A stretch of DNA of 64,000 bases, taken from NCBI GenBank assembly GCA_963664815.2, contig CAXXHB010000002.1, forward strand, positions 704,001-768,000, given 5' to 3'. How positions within the stretch are numbered: the stretch's first letter is position 1; the number at the start of each line of letters is the position of its first letter. A program made the position numbers and the translations under genes. This document shows positions 1-10,482 of this stretch, piece after piece. A model generated the notes under the pieces. It saw only the letters and a list, made by a program, of their open reading frames with translations. It did not search any database and was not told where the DNA came from. The stretch is from Spirochaetota bacterium (GTDB taxonomy: Bacteria > Spirochaetota > UBA4802 > UBA5550).

Positions 1-26
1 GCATGTACATTTTTGCTTTAAATTAT

Positions 27-728
27 TCAGATATCTGATAAATTATATGATTTCAGAATTTTTCTGGATTGTGCCGCACATACAGAATTGCATGTGATGA
101 GATTGATTGTTTCAATTTTAATTTCATAGTTTAAAATATTTTTCATTTTACGAATCTCTTTTAAAAAAAATTCTGACGGTTGCCGGGTGTAACGGCAAAG
201 AGATATATTTCCGAAAAATATATTATTTGAAATATATTGTTTATTATCAGGCAGTCCGGTTTTTTTCAGACCTTTATCAATATCTGTAACCAGTTTCTTC
301 AACTGTCTATCGCAATAACCTATTATAGAAACGCTTCCAGCTAATGATACAATTTCTTCAAAGGTGAATGAAAACGATTTATGTCGTGGAATTATATCCT
401 GGAGCACTTTATCTGCTTTTTCAATATCGTTTAACGTGAAAAGCGGAGGATTATTCGTTGTACGGATATTCTTTATTGTAATATGCAGATTTTCCGGCGG
501 ATAATAATAGTGAAATGGATCAATCAGTTTAAGTGGAGAAATAAGTTTATCATGAATATATTGTACTGTATCTGGTTCAGGGAATGCAACTGAAGTCAGA
601 CAGATTGCATTATCAGTAATATATTCCGGAATCAACCGAAATACATTTGTATCTGCCTGTGGTATATCCGGATTGCTGCAAAGCATTCGCACTACATTTT
701 TCTGCATTTGTCGGTATGGCAGTCTCAT
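27..728 (-). CDS. 2H phosphoesterase (2'-5' RNA ligase-like) family protein
   Basis: First HxT motif (YYPPENLHITI) and typical spacing to a second, degenerate motif (FGNISLCRY). Confidence 0.6.
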   Translation of the reverse strand: MRLPYRQMQKNVVRMLCSNPDIPQADTNVFRLIPEYITDNAICLTSVAFPEPDTVQYIHDKLISPLKLIDPFHYYYPPENLHITIKNIRTTNNPPLFTLNDIEKADKVLQDIIPRHKSFSFTFEEIVSLAGSVSIIGYCDRQLKKLVTDIDKGLKKTGLPDNKQYISNNIFFGNISLCRYTRQPSEFFLKEIRKMKNILNYEIKIETINLITCNSVCAAQSRKILKSYNLSDI

Positions 729-775
729 AGGAACAGACTCTCAATGATGATATTTAATAATCAGGAATAACATGT

Positions 776-2290
776 TTATTGTTGAGCCGGTTGATTTTTA
801 TATTCTGAATAGTATTTAATCAGGGCATCGACAATTCCATTAATGGTAAATTCGTCTGCTGTTATTGCCGGTTTGAATCCATATTTAACAATAGTTTCCG
901 TTGTCACCGGACCTATACTTGCAAGAATAGCTTTGGTTTCAGGAAACATGGTAAAGAAATTGGATGCTGTTGATGAGCTTGTAAATGTGATAATATCAGC
1001 TTTTTTAACCTCGTCCATAAGCTTTTCATCAATGATTTGAGGTATTTCTGCTGAATAGATATGAATCCTGTCAACATTGGCACCCATTTCTTTAAGTCCG
1101 TCGGTAAGTGTCATTCTTGCATCAGAAGAACATGGGATTAGAATTTTTTGCCCGGTAATATTATATTTACTGAATTCATCAAGAAGAGATTCGGCAACAA
1201 ATTTATCAGGTATCATATCCGGTAAAATTCCGTATTTTTTAAGTTCATCACCTGATGCTTTTCCTATTACGGCAATTTTATTACCTCCAAGCGCCCGTAC
1301 ATCTTTTCCTGAAGTGAACAGTTCATCAAAAAAAATATTAATTGCATTTTGTGAAGTGAATATAATCCAGTTATACTGTTCTATCAATGAAAGGGATTTT
1401 TTTAAAGGTGAGAGATTATTAAGCTTTTTTATTTCTATAGTGGGAAATTCGATAACCCTTGCTCCGAGAGATACAAGCATTCCGGTGAGTTTTGAAGCCT
1501 GATTTCTTGTTCTTGTGACAACTATTTTTTTGCCAAAGAGAGGCTGAGTGTCAAACCATCTGAGTTTATCTCTAAGAGAGACCACTCCCCCCATTATTAT
1601 TATTGCCGGTGGAACAAGTTTTGCGTTCTCTGCAGCTTCTGCAATATTTGATAGCGTTGATGTAACAACGTTCTGTTCAGGTCTTGTTCCCCATGATATA
1701 ATCCCTACAGGCGTGTTTGCAGGAAATTTTTTTTCTTCGATCAAAGTATTACTTATATGTTTTAAATTTTTCATCCCCATAAGAAATGCGAAAGTTTTCT
1801 CAGGATCAAACTCGGGGAAGTTTACATCCTCGGTATCATCTGCATCAGATCTTCTGTGCCCGCTGATAACTTCAAATGCGTTTGCAAAATCCCTGTGTGT
1901 AAGAGGAATTCCCGCATAAGCTGGTGCGGAATAAAATGATGAAATTCCCGGGATAACAATAAACGGTATATTCTTTTCTGCCAGGAGCTCTGCTTCTTCA
2001 CCGCCACGCCCGAAGATGAATGGATCACCACCTTTGAGCCTTACTACAGTTTTCCCCTGCAGGGCTTTTTCCGCAATAAGCTCATTTATACCTTCCTGCT
2101 TGAGCGTATGGTTGCTTCCCTGTTTTCCAACGTAAATAATTTCACAGTCGAGTCCGTCAAGCAGGCTTTTCTCTGCAAGATAGTCATATATGATGCAGTC
2201 CGCTTCATGCAGTACCCTCATACCTTTAACAGAAATAAGTTCCGGATCACCAGGACCGGCCCCTACAAGATATACAACACCCTTCTTCAT
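776..2290 (-). CDS. cobA: Bifunctional uroporphyrinogen-III C-methyltransferase / uroporphyrinogen-III synthase (CobA-HemD)
   Basis: VYLVGAGPGDPELI and VVRLKGGDPFIFGRGGEE (SUMT); C-terminal HemD domain (KIVVTR, IIFTSQNA, FTSSST, SIGPVT). Confidence 0.95.
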   Translation of the reverse strand: MKKGVVYLVGAGPGDPELISVKGMRVLHEADCIIYDYLAEKSLLDGLDCEIIYVGKQGSNHTLKQEGINELIAEKALQGKTVVRLKGGDPFIFGRGGEEAELLAEKNIPFIVIPGISSFYSAPAYAGIPLTHRDFANAFEVISGHRRSDADDTEDVNFPEFDPEKTFAFLMGMKNLKHISNTLIEEKKFPANTPVGIISWGTRPEQNVVTSTLSNIAEAAENAKLVPPAIIIMGGVVSLRDKLRWFDTQPLFGKKIVVTRTRNQASKLTGMLVSLGARVIEFPTIEIKKLNNLSPLKKSLSLIEQYNWIIFTSQNAINIFFDELFTSGKDVRALGGNKIAVIGKASGDELKKYGILPDMIPDKFVAESLLDEFSKYNITGQKILIPCSSDARMTLTDGLKEMGANVDRIHIYSAEIPQIIDEKLMDEVKKADIITFTSSSTASNFFTMFPETKAILASIGPVTTETIVKYGFKPAITADEFTINGIVDALIKYYSEYKNQPAQQ

Positions 2291-3195
2291 ATATATTTTT
2301 CAGCTCCTTGTGATTTTATTTTAACTGAAAGCTCCGCTCCTACGCTTTCAGGATCTTTTCCCTCTACCTTTGCCCTGGCCACGAAAGAACCATCTTCCGA
2401 GGCAATAACTCCATCAAGTACAATACAATCTCCTTTTAAAGAAGCATGTGCTCCTAATGGAATGTGGCATCCTCCACCAAAATTTTTCAGAAATGATCGC
2501 TCTGCAGTTACTAGAACTTCGGTTAGTTCGTGGTTAAGTTTTCTTGCGATATCAAAAGTATACTGATCATTGACTCTCACCTGCAGGCCCAGGGCTCCCT
2601 GTGCCGGTGCAGGAAGGAAAATATTTTCATCAAGTACCTGTATAATAAATTCTGTAATGTCAAGTTTGATTCTGTCTACAGCAGCTTTCGCCATTACAAT
2701 GGCATCATATTCGTTTTCTTTGAGTTTTCTGAGTCTTGTATTAACATTTCCCCGCAGGGCTTCAATTCTTAGAGTGTTGTCAAATGCTTTAAGCTGCGCC
2801 ATTCTCCTTACAGAGCTGGTTCCAATCATGGAACTACCTTTTATATTAATATCTTTTCTTTTTTCATAAGCATCGGGATGCATTATAATCATATCATGAA
2901 AATCTCCCCTTTCAGGTATTGCAGCAAGTCTTAGTCCTTTTACATCTTCGGTAGGGAGATCTTTTAACGAATGAACAGCAAGATCAATTTTATTAGAAAG
3001 TAGTGCTTCCTCAATTTCCTTAGTAAAAAAACCTTTACCCTCCATTTTGTTGAAAGAAACGTTCTGTATTCTGTCTCCCTCGGTTTTTATAATTACCAGT
3101 TCAGTATTTTCTTCACCTATAAGAGCTGATATATATTTAGCCTGCCACAGTGCAAGTTCGCTGCCTCTTGTTCCGATTCTAACTTTTTTTGCCAT
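2287..3195 (-). CDS. hemC: Hydroxymethylbilane synthase (porphobilinogen deaminase)
   Basis: IGTRGSELALWQA, GKGFFTKEIE, AVHSLKDLP, GTSSVRR, LRGNVNTRL, GGCHIP; 4-nt overlap with cobA. Confidence 0.97.
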   Translation of the reverse strand: MAKKVRIGTRGSELALWQAKYISALIGEENTELVIIKTEGDRIQNVSFNKMEGKGFFTKEIEEALLSNKIDLAVHSLKDLPTEDVKGLRLAAIPERGDFHDMIIMHPDAYEKRKDINIKGSSMIGTSSVRRMAQLKAFDNTLRIEALRGNVNTRLRKLKENEYDAIVMAKAAVDRIKLDITEFIIQVLDENIFLPAPAQGALGLQVRVNDQYTFDIARKLNHELTEVLVTAERSFLKNFGGGCHIPLGAHASLKGDCIVLDGVIASEDGSFVARAKVEGKDPESVGAELSVKIKSQGAEKYI

Positions 3196-3546
3196 AAAGA
3201 TTCAATCCAGCACAACATTATTTTTTGTTTATAGACAGTAGTATTCCTTAAAATATCATTTAGTGAAAAAATATTTTACCAGCACGCTGTCGTTATGATA
3301 AAACATTTTGGTAATAAAAATTAAGGTTCAAGTATATTTTTATGTTACAAATTTCAGTCGTTATATGTCAATGTATTATTTCACTTAATAACTCAATCAG
3401 ACTATGATTAATACATGATTTTACTTTTATATATAAAAATGGAGTTTATTAATTCATCCGATGTTATTTCTTGACTAAAATGATATTTGCAGTTTAAATC
3501 GTAATAAATTACCAGCAGACAGTATAATTATATTGAGGAGTTTTAT

Positions 3547-4551
3547 ATGAAAGATTATTCCATTAAATGTTTAATAACATTTATTATTGTATCGGCAATC
3601 CTTGTTGCAGCAGGATGTGGGAGAAGTGGCAAATCTGAGAAAATTTCAATTGGTATTTCGAAAATTGTTTCTCACCCCGCACTTGATAGTATTGAAAAAG
3701 GGATCCAGGATGAGCTTAAAGAAGAGGGATATACTAATCTTACATTTGACCTTCAGAATGCTAATGGAGAGATTTCAACTGCAGCTTCAATCGCTCAGAA
3801 ATTCAGGGCTGATCAGGTTAAAATTGCTGTTGGTATAGCGACGCCTACTGCGCAGGCTTTAAAAAATACCATGAAGGATTCAATAGTAATATATGCTGCT
3901 GTTACAGATCCAGTTGATGCCGGGCTTGTCAAATCCTTGACAGTTGGAGAAAAAAATGTTGCGGGCGTATCAGATATGACACCGGTGAAAGATCAGATTT
4001 CATTTTTAAAAAAGGTTAAAGATATTAAAAAACTTGGACATATTTATGCAAGTCATGAGGCAAATGCAGTGACGCTTGCTAAAATGGCAAAAAAAGCCTG
4101 TGATGAACTGGGAATCGAATTTATTGAATCAACTGTAACAAATTCATCTGAGGTAAAACAGGCAACTCAGGCAATTGCGGGAAGAGTGGATGCATTTTAT
4201 CTGAGTACGGATAATACTGTTATTTCGGCTTTGTCTGCAGTTGTTGATGTTGCAAAGACAAAGAATCTGCCCATAATGTCAGCTGATCCGAGTTCAGCTG
4301 AGAAATTTGAAGTCTTCGCTGCGTGGGGGTTTGACTATTATAAAATGGGAAAGGCAACAGGAAAGCTTATTGCAAGAATATTAAGTGGTGAGAAACCGGA
4401 AAATATACCGACTGTCTTCATGACAGAGCCTTCAGATGTGGACCTTCTTCTGAATCTTGATGTAGCAAAAAAACTGGGAATAACGATTCCGGATAAAATT
4501 ATTTCCCAGGCAAGCCGAATAATTAAAGATGGAAAGATGACTAAGAAATAG
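3547..4551 (+). CDS. ABC transporter substrate-binding lipoprotein (TrpX/ABC_sub_bind type)
   Basis: Lipobox-like AAGC; VSHPALD, IATPTAQA, AVTDPV, GVSD, TDNTV motifs; SD GAGGAG. Confidence 0.85.
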   Translation: MKDYSIKCLITFIIVSAILVAAGCGRSGKSEKISIGISKIVSHPALDSIEKGIQDELKEEGYTNLTFDLQNANGEISTAASIAQKFRADQVKIAVGIATPTAQALKNTMKDSIVIYAAVTDPVDAGLVKSLTVGEKNVAGVSDMTPVKDQISFLKKVKDIKKLGHIYASHEANAVTLAKMAKKACDELGIEFIESTVTNSSEVKQATQAIAGRVDAFYLSTDNTVISALSAVVDVAKTKNLPIMSADPSSAEKFEVFAAWGFDYYKMGKATGKLIARILSGEKPENIPTVFMTEPSDVDLLLNLDVAKKLGITIPDKIISQASRIIKDGKMTKK

Positions 4552-4591
4552 ATTAAAAAGAAAGGCTAGCCTGAAATGATGGTCGGCCTTA

Positions 4592-6970
4592 CTACTTTTC
4601 TGTTATGACTTTTTTTATTATAATTGATAATTCAGAGGCTAGATAAGGTTTATTCACAGTTTCTTTTACTCCCATCTCAAGTGCTTTAACTTTTAATTCA
4701 TTATCAAACATACCTGATGAAATAATTGCTTTAACCTTCGAATCAATTTTCTTCAATTCCTGGAAAACCTCAATTCCTGATTTTCCCGGCATTGATAAGT
4801 CAATTAATACAGCGGAGATTTCAGAATGCTTATTTTTAAAGATTATTATTCCCTTATCAGCCCCTTCGGCAGTAAATACATTGTAACCATATTGTTTAAG
4901 AAATCCTTCTGCAATAGACAGGATCACAGATTCATCATCAATAACAAGCACAGTTCCGTTACCGTATGTAATCTCCTGATCAATATCATCCCTGCTGATG
5001 TTATCATAATCGGTGTAAACAGGGAAATAAACTGTAAAACATGAACCCGAACCTGGCTCCGAATATACGTTAATAAGGCCACCATGTTTTTGAATAATGT
5101 TGTATGATATGGCAAGACCTAAACCTGTGCTTTCGTTCTTGCTTTTTGTCGAGAAGAATGGTTCAAAAATTTTCTGTTTAATATCGGGAGGAATTCCGAC
5201 TCCGGTGTCTGATATTTTTATTCTGATCCAATAGTGTACCTTTCCGACATCATTTGGATGGTTTTCCTTTATTATATAATCAATATAATCAGATTTTACT
5301 TTTTCCGCTGTTACAGTAAGGGTTCCCCCCTGTTTTTCTCCCGGGCTGCGCATTATCGTCATCGCATGGGATGCATTTATGCAGAGATTAAGAAGTACCT
5401 GTTCGATCTGGACAATATCCCCTATTATTATCATTTGCGATTCTTCAGTATGGAAATTGAGCTCTATCGATTTTGGAAAACTATTTCTGCATAATTCATA
5501 TATATGGTTAACAGAATCTTTTATATCAAGAGGAGAGAGTTTGATTTCGTGTTTCCTGGATAGTATAAGGAGCTGATTAATAAGTCCGGCAGAACGTTTT
5601 GATGATTCCAGTCCGAGACTGATATATTTTTCAATATATTCCCCGTTATTGAGATTTTCCTTTTTCAGCGCAATGGATACAAGATTAAAGCTTCCTATAA
5701 TTCCGGCGAGGAAGTTGTTGAAATCATGGGCAAGACCGCCCACCAGGGTTCCGATGGCTTCCATTTTTTGTGATTGTGCCAATTGATCTTTAATCTTTTG
5801 CCTTTCCTGTTCCATGGCTATACGGTCGCTTATATCCCTTGTTATACCAACAAGACCAACAGGATTACTATTTTTATCCATAATGAATGAAATTTTCAGT
5901 TCGGCAGTAAAAACCGTTCCGTCCTTTTTTATATGATTAAGTTGAAGTATAATAAGTTTTAATGGATCGAGGGATTTTATTTTATCTGGTTTAAGATCTT
6001 CATGGAAAATTTTCATAATTTTACGGTATGATTCAGGAGTAAGCGCATTTTTCAGAGGAAGATTCATTGCTTCATCAACAGTATAACCGAACATCCGATA
6101 TACTGACGTGCTGATAAAAGAGAAACTAAGATTCATATCGGCTGACCATATCAGGTCATTGACATTGTCCGCCAGGAGGCGATAGCGTTTTTCACTTGCT
6201 TCAAGTTCATCATTATTCTTTTTCAGAGCGAGAGTCCTTTCTGATACAATATCCTCCAGATGGTCACGATGTTTACGCAGTTCTATCTCAGCATGCTCTT
6301 TCATTCTCATCTCATCTCTGAGAAGAAGATTTGCTTTTTCGGTTTCCTCTTTTGCTTTTGCAAGCTTCTCTTTTTCAAGAAGGAGTTTCTCCTGTTCAGT
6401 TTCCATTGCCTGCTTATATTTTTCACGAGAAGATTCATAGCTGTATGTAAAAATAAAGATCATGAAAAAAGTTGGAATATAGCGCGTTATAAACTGTGGA
6501 CTGTAAGTGTAATGGGATAAATATGAAGACGGATTAATGATTAACGATATCATTACGAATGCGCATGAAATTGACCATAACAACCCCTCTTTTTTGCCGA
6601 GAAGATAAAATGAAAAAAGCGGATGAAGCATTGCCCAGATGCTCGCATAGCCCTGACCGGTACCGGTTTTTATCCAGTAAAGCAGAGTAAATGAATAAAG
6701 AAGATCAACAACACGATAAACCGGTTTACCGTTTATAAGATTTCGAAGCAGAATAACAAAAATGGTCATAATCAGTGTAAGAAGAAAATCTATAATTGCA
6801 ATATCATAAAACCCTTTAGAAAGGTGATATATACCGAAAATAATATCGGCCGGAATATTCATGAATAGGAAAACCATCAGCAGTGTTCTTCTACCCGTTT
6901 CTTCTATACTGAGCGGATGGCGGGATATTATCGGACTTAAAAGCTTTTTTATATTACCGTTAAATCTCAT
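4592..6970 (-). CDS. Membrane hybrid sensor histidine kinase (TM-coiled coil-PAS-HisKA-HATPase-REC)
   Basis: Hydrophobic N-terminus, PAS (RYRLLADNVND...GITRDISDR), H-box LAHDFNN, N/G boxes (NLCINA, DTGVGI, TGLGL), receiver (VIDDE, DLSMP, KP). Confidence 0.93.
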   Translation of the reverse strand: MRFNGNIKKLLSPIISRHPLSIEETGRRTLLMVFLFMNIPADIIFGIYHLSKGFYDIAIIDFLLTLIMTIFVILLRNLINGKPVYRVVDLLYSFTLLYWIKTGTGQGYASIWAMLHPLFSFYLLGKKEGLLWSISCAFVMISLIINPSSYLSHYTYSPQFITRYIPTFFMIFIFTYSYESSREKYKQAMETEQEKLLLEKEKLAKAKEETEKANLLLRDEMRMKEHAEIELRKHRDHLEDIVSERTLALKKNNDELEASEKRYRLLADNVNDLIWSADMNLSFSFISTSVYRMFGYTVDEAMNLPLKNALTPESYRKIMKIFHEDLKPDKIKSLDPLKLIILQLNHIKKDGTVFTAELKISFIMDKNSNPVGLVGITRDISDRIAMEQERQKIKDQLAQSQKMEAIGTLVGGLAHDFNNFLAGIIGSFNLVSIALKKENLNNGEYIEKYISLGLESSKRSAGLINQLLILSRKHEIKLSPLDIKDSVNHIYELCRNSFPKSIELNFHTEESQMIIIGDIVQIEQVLLNLCINASHAMTIMRSPGEKQGGTLTVTAEKVKSDYIDYIIKENHPNDVGKVHYWIRIKISDTGVGIPPDIKQKIFEPFFSTKSKNESTGLGLAISYNIIQKHGGLINVYSEPGSGSCFTVYFPVYTDYDNISRDDIDQEITYGNGTVLVIDDESVILSIAEGFLKQYGYNVFTAEGADKGIIIFKNKHSEISAVLIDLSMPGKSGIEVFQELKKIDSKVKAIISSGMFDNELKVKALEMGVKETVNKPYLASELSIIIKKVITEK

Positions 6971-7131
6971 TAAATTAATATACTTTTTTTATAATAAAAA
7001 ACAAGCAATAAATTCCTGTGTTGTTTTTGAAAAATTTACAGACGATGTTCAAGATTAATATTAATTTGAAAAAAAAACTTGTTAAATATAATAATAATAT
7101 TAACATGTAATTTTGTGTGTCAAATTCTTGA

Positions 7132-8412
<1,281 letters not shown>

Positions 8413-8455
8413 AAACGTGAAAACGAGATTTTTTATTTATTTTCTTTAAATTATG

Positions 8456-8484
8456 TTGACAGTCAAAAACCTATTTTGTACAAG
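8456..8484 (+). promoter_or_regulatory. Sigma70-type promoter of the tRNA-Lys/tRNA-Glu pair
   Basis: TTGACA, 17-bp spacer, TACAAG; about 20 nt upstream of tRNA-Lys. Confidence 0.55.
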
Positions 8485-8503
8485 GTCTTTACTTTGAGAA
8501 TAT

Positions 8504-8576
8504 GAGGCGTTAGCTCAGTCGGTAGAGCAACTGCCTTTTAAGTAGTGGGTCCGGGGTTCAAGTCCCCGACGCCTCA
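8504..8576 (+). tRNA. tRNA-Lys(TTT), CCA not encoded
   Basis: Acceptor GAGGCGT/ACGCCTC, D arm GCTC/GAGC, anticodon arm ACTGC-CTTTTAA-GTAGT, T arm CGGGG-TTCAAGT-CCCCG. Confidence 0.97.
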
Positions 8577-8596
8577 ATCGAAAAGTTGCAAAGCAT

Positions 8597-8669
8597 GTCC
8601 CCGTCGTCTAGGGGTCTAGGACACCGGGTTTTCATCTCGGCAGCAGGGGTTCGAATCCCCTCGGGGATG
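8597..8669 (+). tRNA. tRNA-Glu(TTC), CCA not encoded
   Basis: Acceptor GTCCCCG/CGGGGAT, anticodon arm CCGGG-TTTTCAT-CTCGG, T arm AGGGG-TTCGAAT-CCCCT. Confidence 0.96.
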
Positions 8670-8677
8670 CATAAAAG

Positions 8678-8710
8678 AAGGCCGCTAATTGTAAGCGGCC
8701 TTTTTATTTT
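8678..8710 (+). terminator. Intrinsic terminator after the tRNA pair
   Basis: AAGGCCGCT-AATTGTA-AGCGGCCTT followed by TTTATTTT. Confidence 0.85.
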
Positions 8711-8861
8711 AAAACATTGAGACGAATTTAAATTTTTTCATCTGATATTCCGCAATTTTTTCAAGTTATAAATTACTAAAATCCCGTGGTTCTTCACAAA
8801 GATAATTGACATTTTTTAACATTAAAATGTTATATTAATTATAATTCAGCTGGAGAAAATA

Positions 8862-8897
8862 ATGCCGGACCCTTTAACGTATCCTTTAATTATATAA
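8862..8897 (+). CDS. Putative proline-rich leader peptide of mgtE (MPDPLTYPLII), MgtL-like
   Basis: GGAGA SD at 8852-8856, ATG at 8862, TAA at 8895-8897; 3 Pro in the first 8 codons; lies downstream of TTGACA (8806) and TG-n-TATATT (8828-8836), in the 5' leader of a Mg2+ transporter. Confidence 0.55.
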   Translation: MPDPLTYPLII

Positions 8898-9102
8898 TGC
8901 ATGAATAAGCTGTCTCCCGTTGAGTAATATTCAACACGATATTTACTCCCCGAAAATGGCTTATAGATGCCATTGGAGTGTTGAGTAAAAAGCATCCACC
9001 TTAAATTTTTATAACGGAAAATGTTTTAATTTTAATCAACATTTATATTAATGATCCGCAGATATTCAGCTATATTCTTTTATTAGATCCGGAGGCCCTT
9101 TA

Positions 9103-10482
9103 ATGTCTGGAAAACTTTTATTGCCTGAAATTATTGAACTGGTGGACATGAAAGATTTTAAAGCTCTTAAAGAGATTATCAGTGAATGGCACCCGGCAGA
9201 TCTTGCGGAGCTTATTTCAGATCTCCCCGAATCGCAGCAATTCATAGTATTCAGGTTCCTTCCCAAAAATCTTACATCGACTGTTTTTGATTTTCTCGAG
9301 GTTGAATCGCAGAAAAATATTCTTTTATCAATGGGGAAGAAAGAGGTGGCTTCAATCATAAATGAACTCTCCCCGGATGACCGTACATCTCTATTTGAAG
9401 AGCTTCCTCATTCTGTTGTTAAAAATATGCTTATGCTTCTGACAAAGGAGGAGAGGGAAATTGCAAGAACACTATTGGGTTATCCCGAGGAGAGTGTAGG
9501 GCGTTTGATGTCCCCTGAATATGTATCAGTAAAAGAGGGGATGACAATAGAGGATGTTCTTGATAGAATAAGGAAATACGGTTCTGATAGTGAAACTCTT
9601 GATGTACTTTACGTAATTGACGATGAAGGTAAACTTGTTGATGATATAACAATAAGGGAAATTCTTCTCTCATCGCCAAAAAAAAAGATTAGCAAACTGA
9701 TGGACCATAAATTTGCTTATCTCAATGCAACGGATGATCAGGAGATGGCGGTTGAGAGTTTTAAAAAGTATGAATGCTATGCTTTACCTGTTATTGACAA
9801 TGACGGCTTTCTCATCGGCATTGTAACAATAGACGATATACTCTATGTCGCTGAAGAGGAAACAACAGAGGATATCCATAAAATCGGAGGGGTTGAAGCC
9901 CTGGATGATTCGTATATGAATACTTCTCTTTTAGAACTGGTAAAGAAAAGGGCGAGCTGGCTAATAATACTTTTTGTCGGTGAAATGCTTACCGCTTCGG
10001 CTATGGCAATTTATGAAAAGGAGATTGCTAAAGCCGTTGTACTGGCCCTTTTCGTTCCACTCATTATTTCAAGTGGCGGTAATTCAGGATCCCAGGCTGC
10101 TTCGCTTATTATACGTGGGCTGGCGCTGAAAGAATTTGGTTTCCGCGACTGGTGGAAGATTATGAAACGGGAAATTATTACAGGTTTTCTTCTTGGTCTG
10201 ATACTTGGTGTTATCGGTTTTATACGGATTTCAGTATGGCAATTTGTAAGTGGTATTTATGGACCTTATTGGCTAAACGTCGCTGTTGTTGTCATGTTCT
10301 CTTTAATTGGTGTTGTAATGTGGGGAACACTTTCAGGTTCTATGCTACCGCTATTATTAAAAAGGTTCAAGCTTGATCCGGCCACATCATCAGCGCCATT
10401 TGTGGCAACACTGGTTGATGTAACGGGTCTGGTTATATATTTTACGATAGCACATATTCTTTTAAATGGTAAATTATTATGA
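9103..10482 (+). CDS. mgtE: Magnesium transporter MgtE
   Basis: HPADLA N-domain, tandem CBS domains (YPEESVGRLM, GIVTIDD), TM region with SGGNSGSQA and DPATSSAPFVATLVDV. Confidence 0.97.
   Translation: MSGKLLLPEIIELVDMKDFKALKEIISEWHPADLAELISDLPESQQFIVFRFLPKNLTSTVFDFLEVESQKNILLSMGKKEVASIINELSPDDRTSLFEELPHSVVKNMLMLLTKEEREIARTLLGYPEESVGRLMSPEYVSVKEGMTIEDVLDRIRKYGSDSETLDVLYVIDDEGKLVDDITIREILLSSPKKKISKLMDHKFAYLNATDDQEMAVESFKKYECYALPVIDNDGFLIGIVTIDDILYVAEEETTEDIHKIGGVEALDDSYMNTSLLELVKKRASWLIILFVGEMLTASAMAIYEKEIAKAVVLALFVPLIISSGGNSGSQAASLIIRGLALKEFGFRDWWKIMKREIITGFLLGLILGVIGFIRISVWQFVSGIYGPYWLNVAVVVMFSLIGVVMWGTLSGSMLPLLLKRFKLDPATSSAPFVATLVDVTGLVIYFTIAHILLNGKLL

Noticed and set aside
8504-8760. tRNA genes as an integration site
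   Set aside because: No integrase and no duplicated tRNA 3' end seen in the window
8840-9000. M-box (ykoK) Mg2+ riboswitch upstream of mgtE
   Set aside because: Only fragments resemble it (CCCGAAAATG...GCCATTGG, CAGCTGGA), they are in the wrong order, and the conserved AGGTGAGGCT and GCTAAAGCT segments are absent
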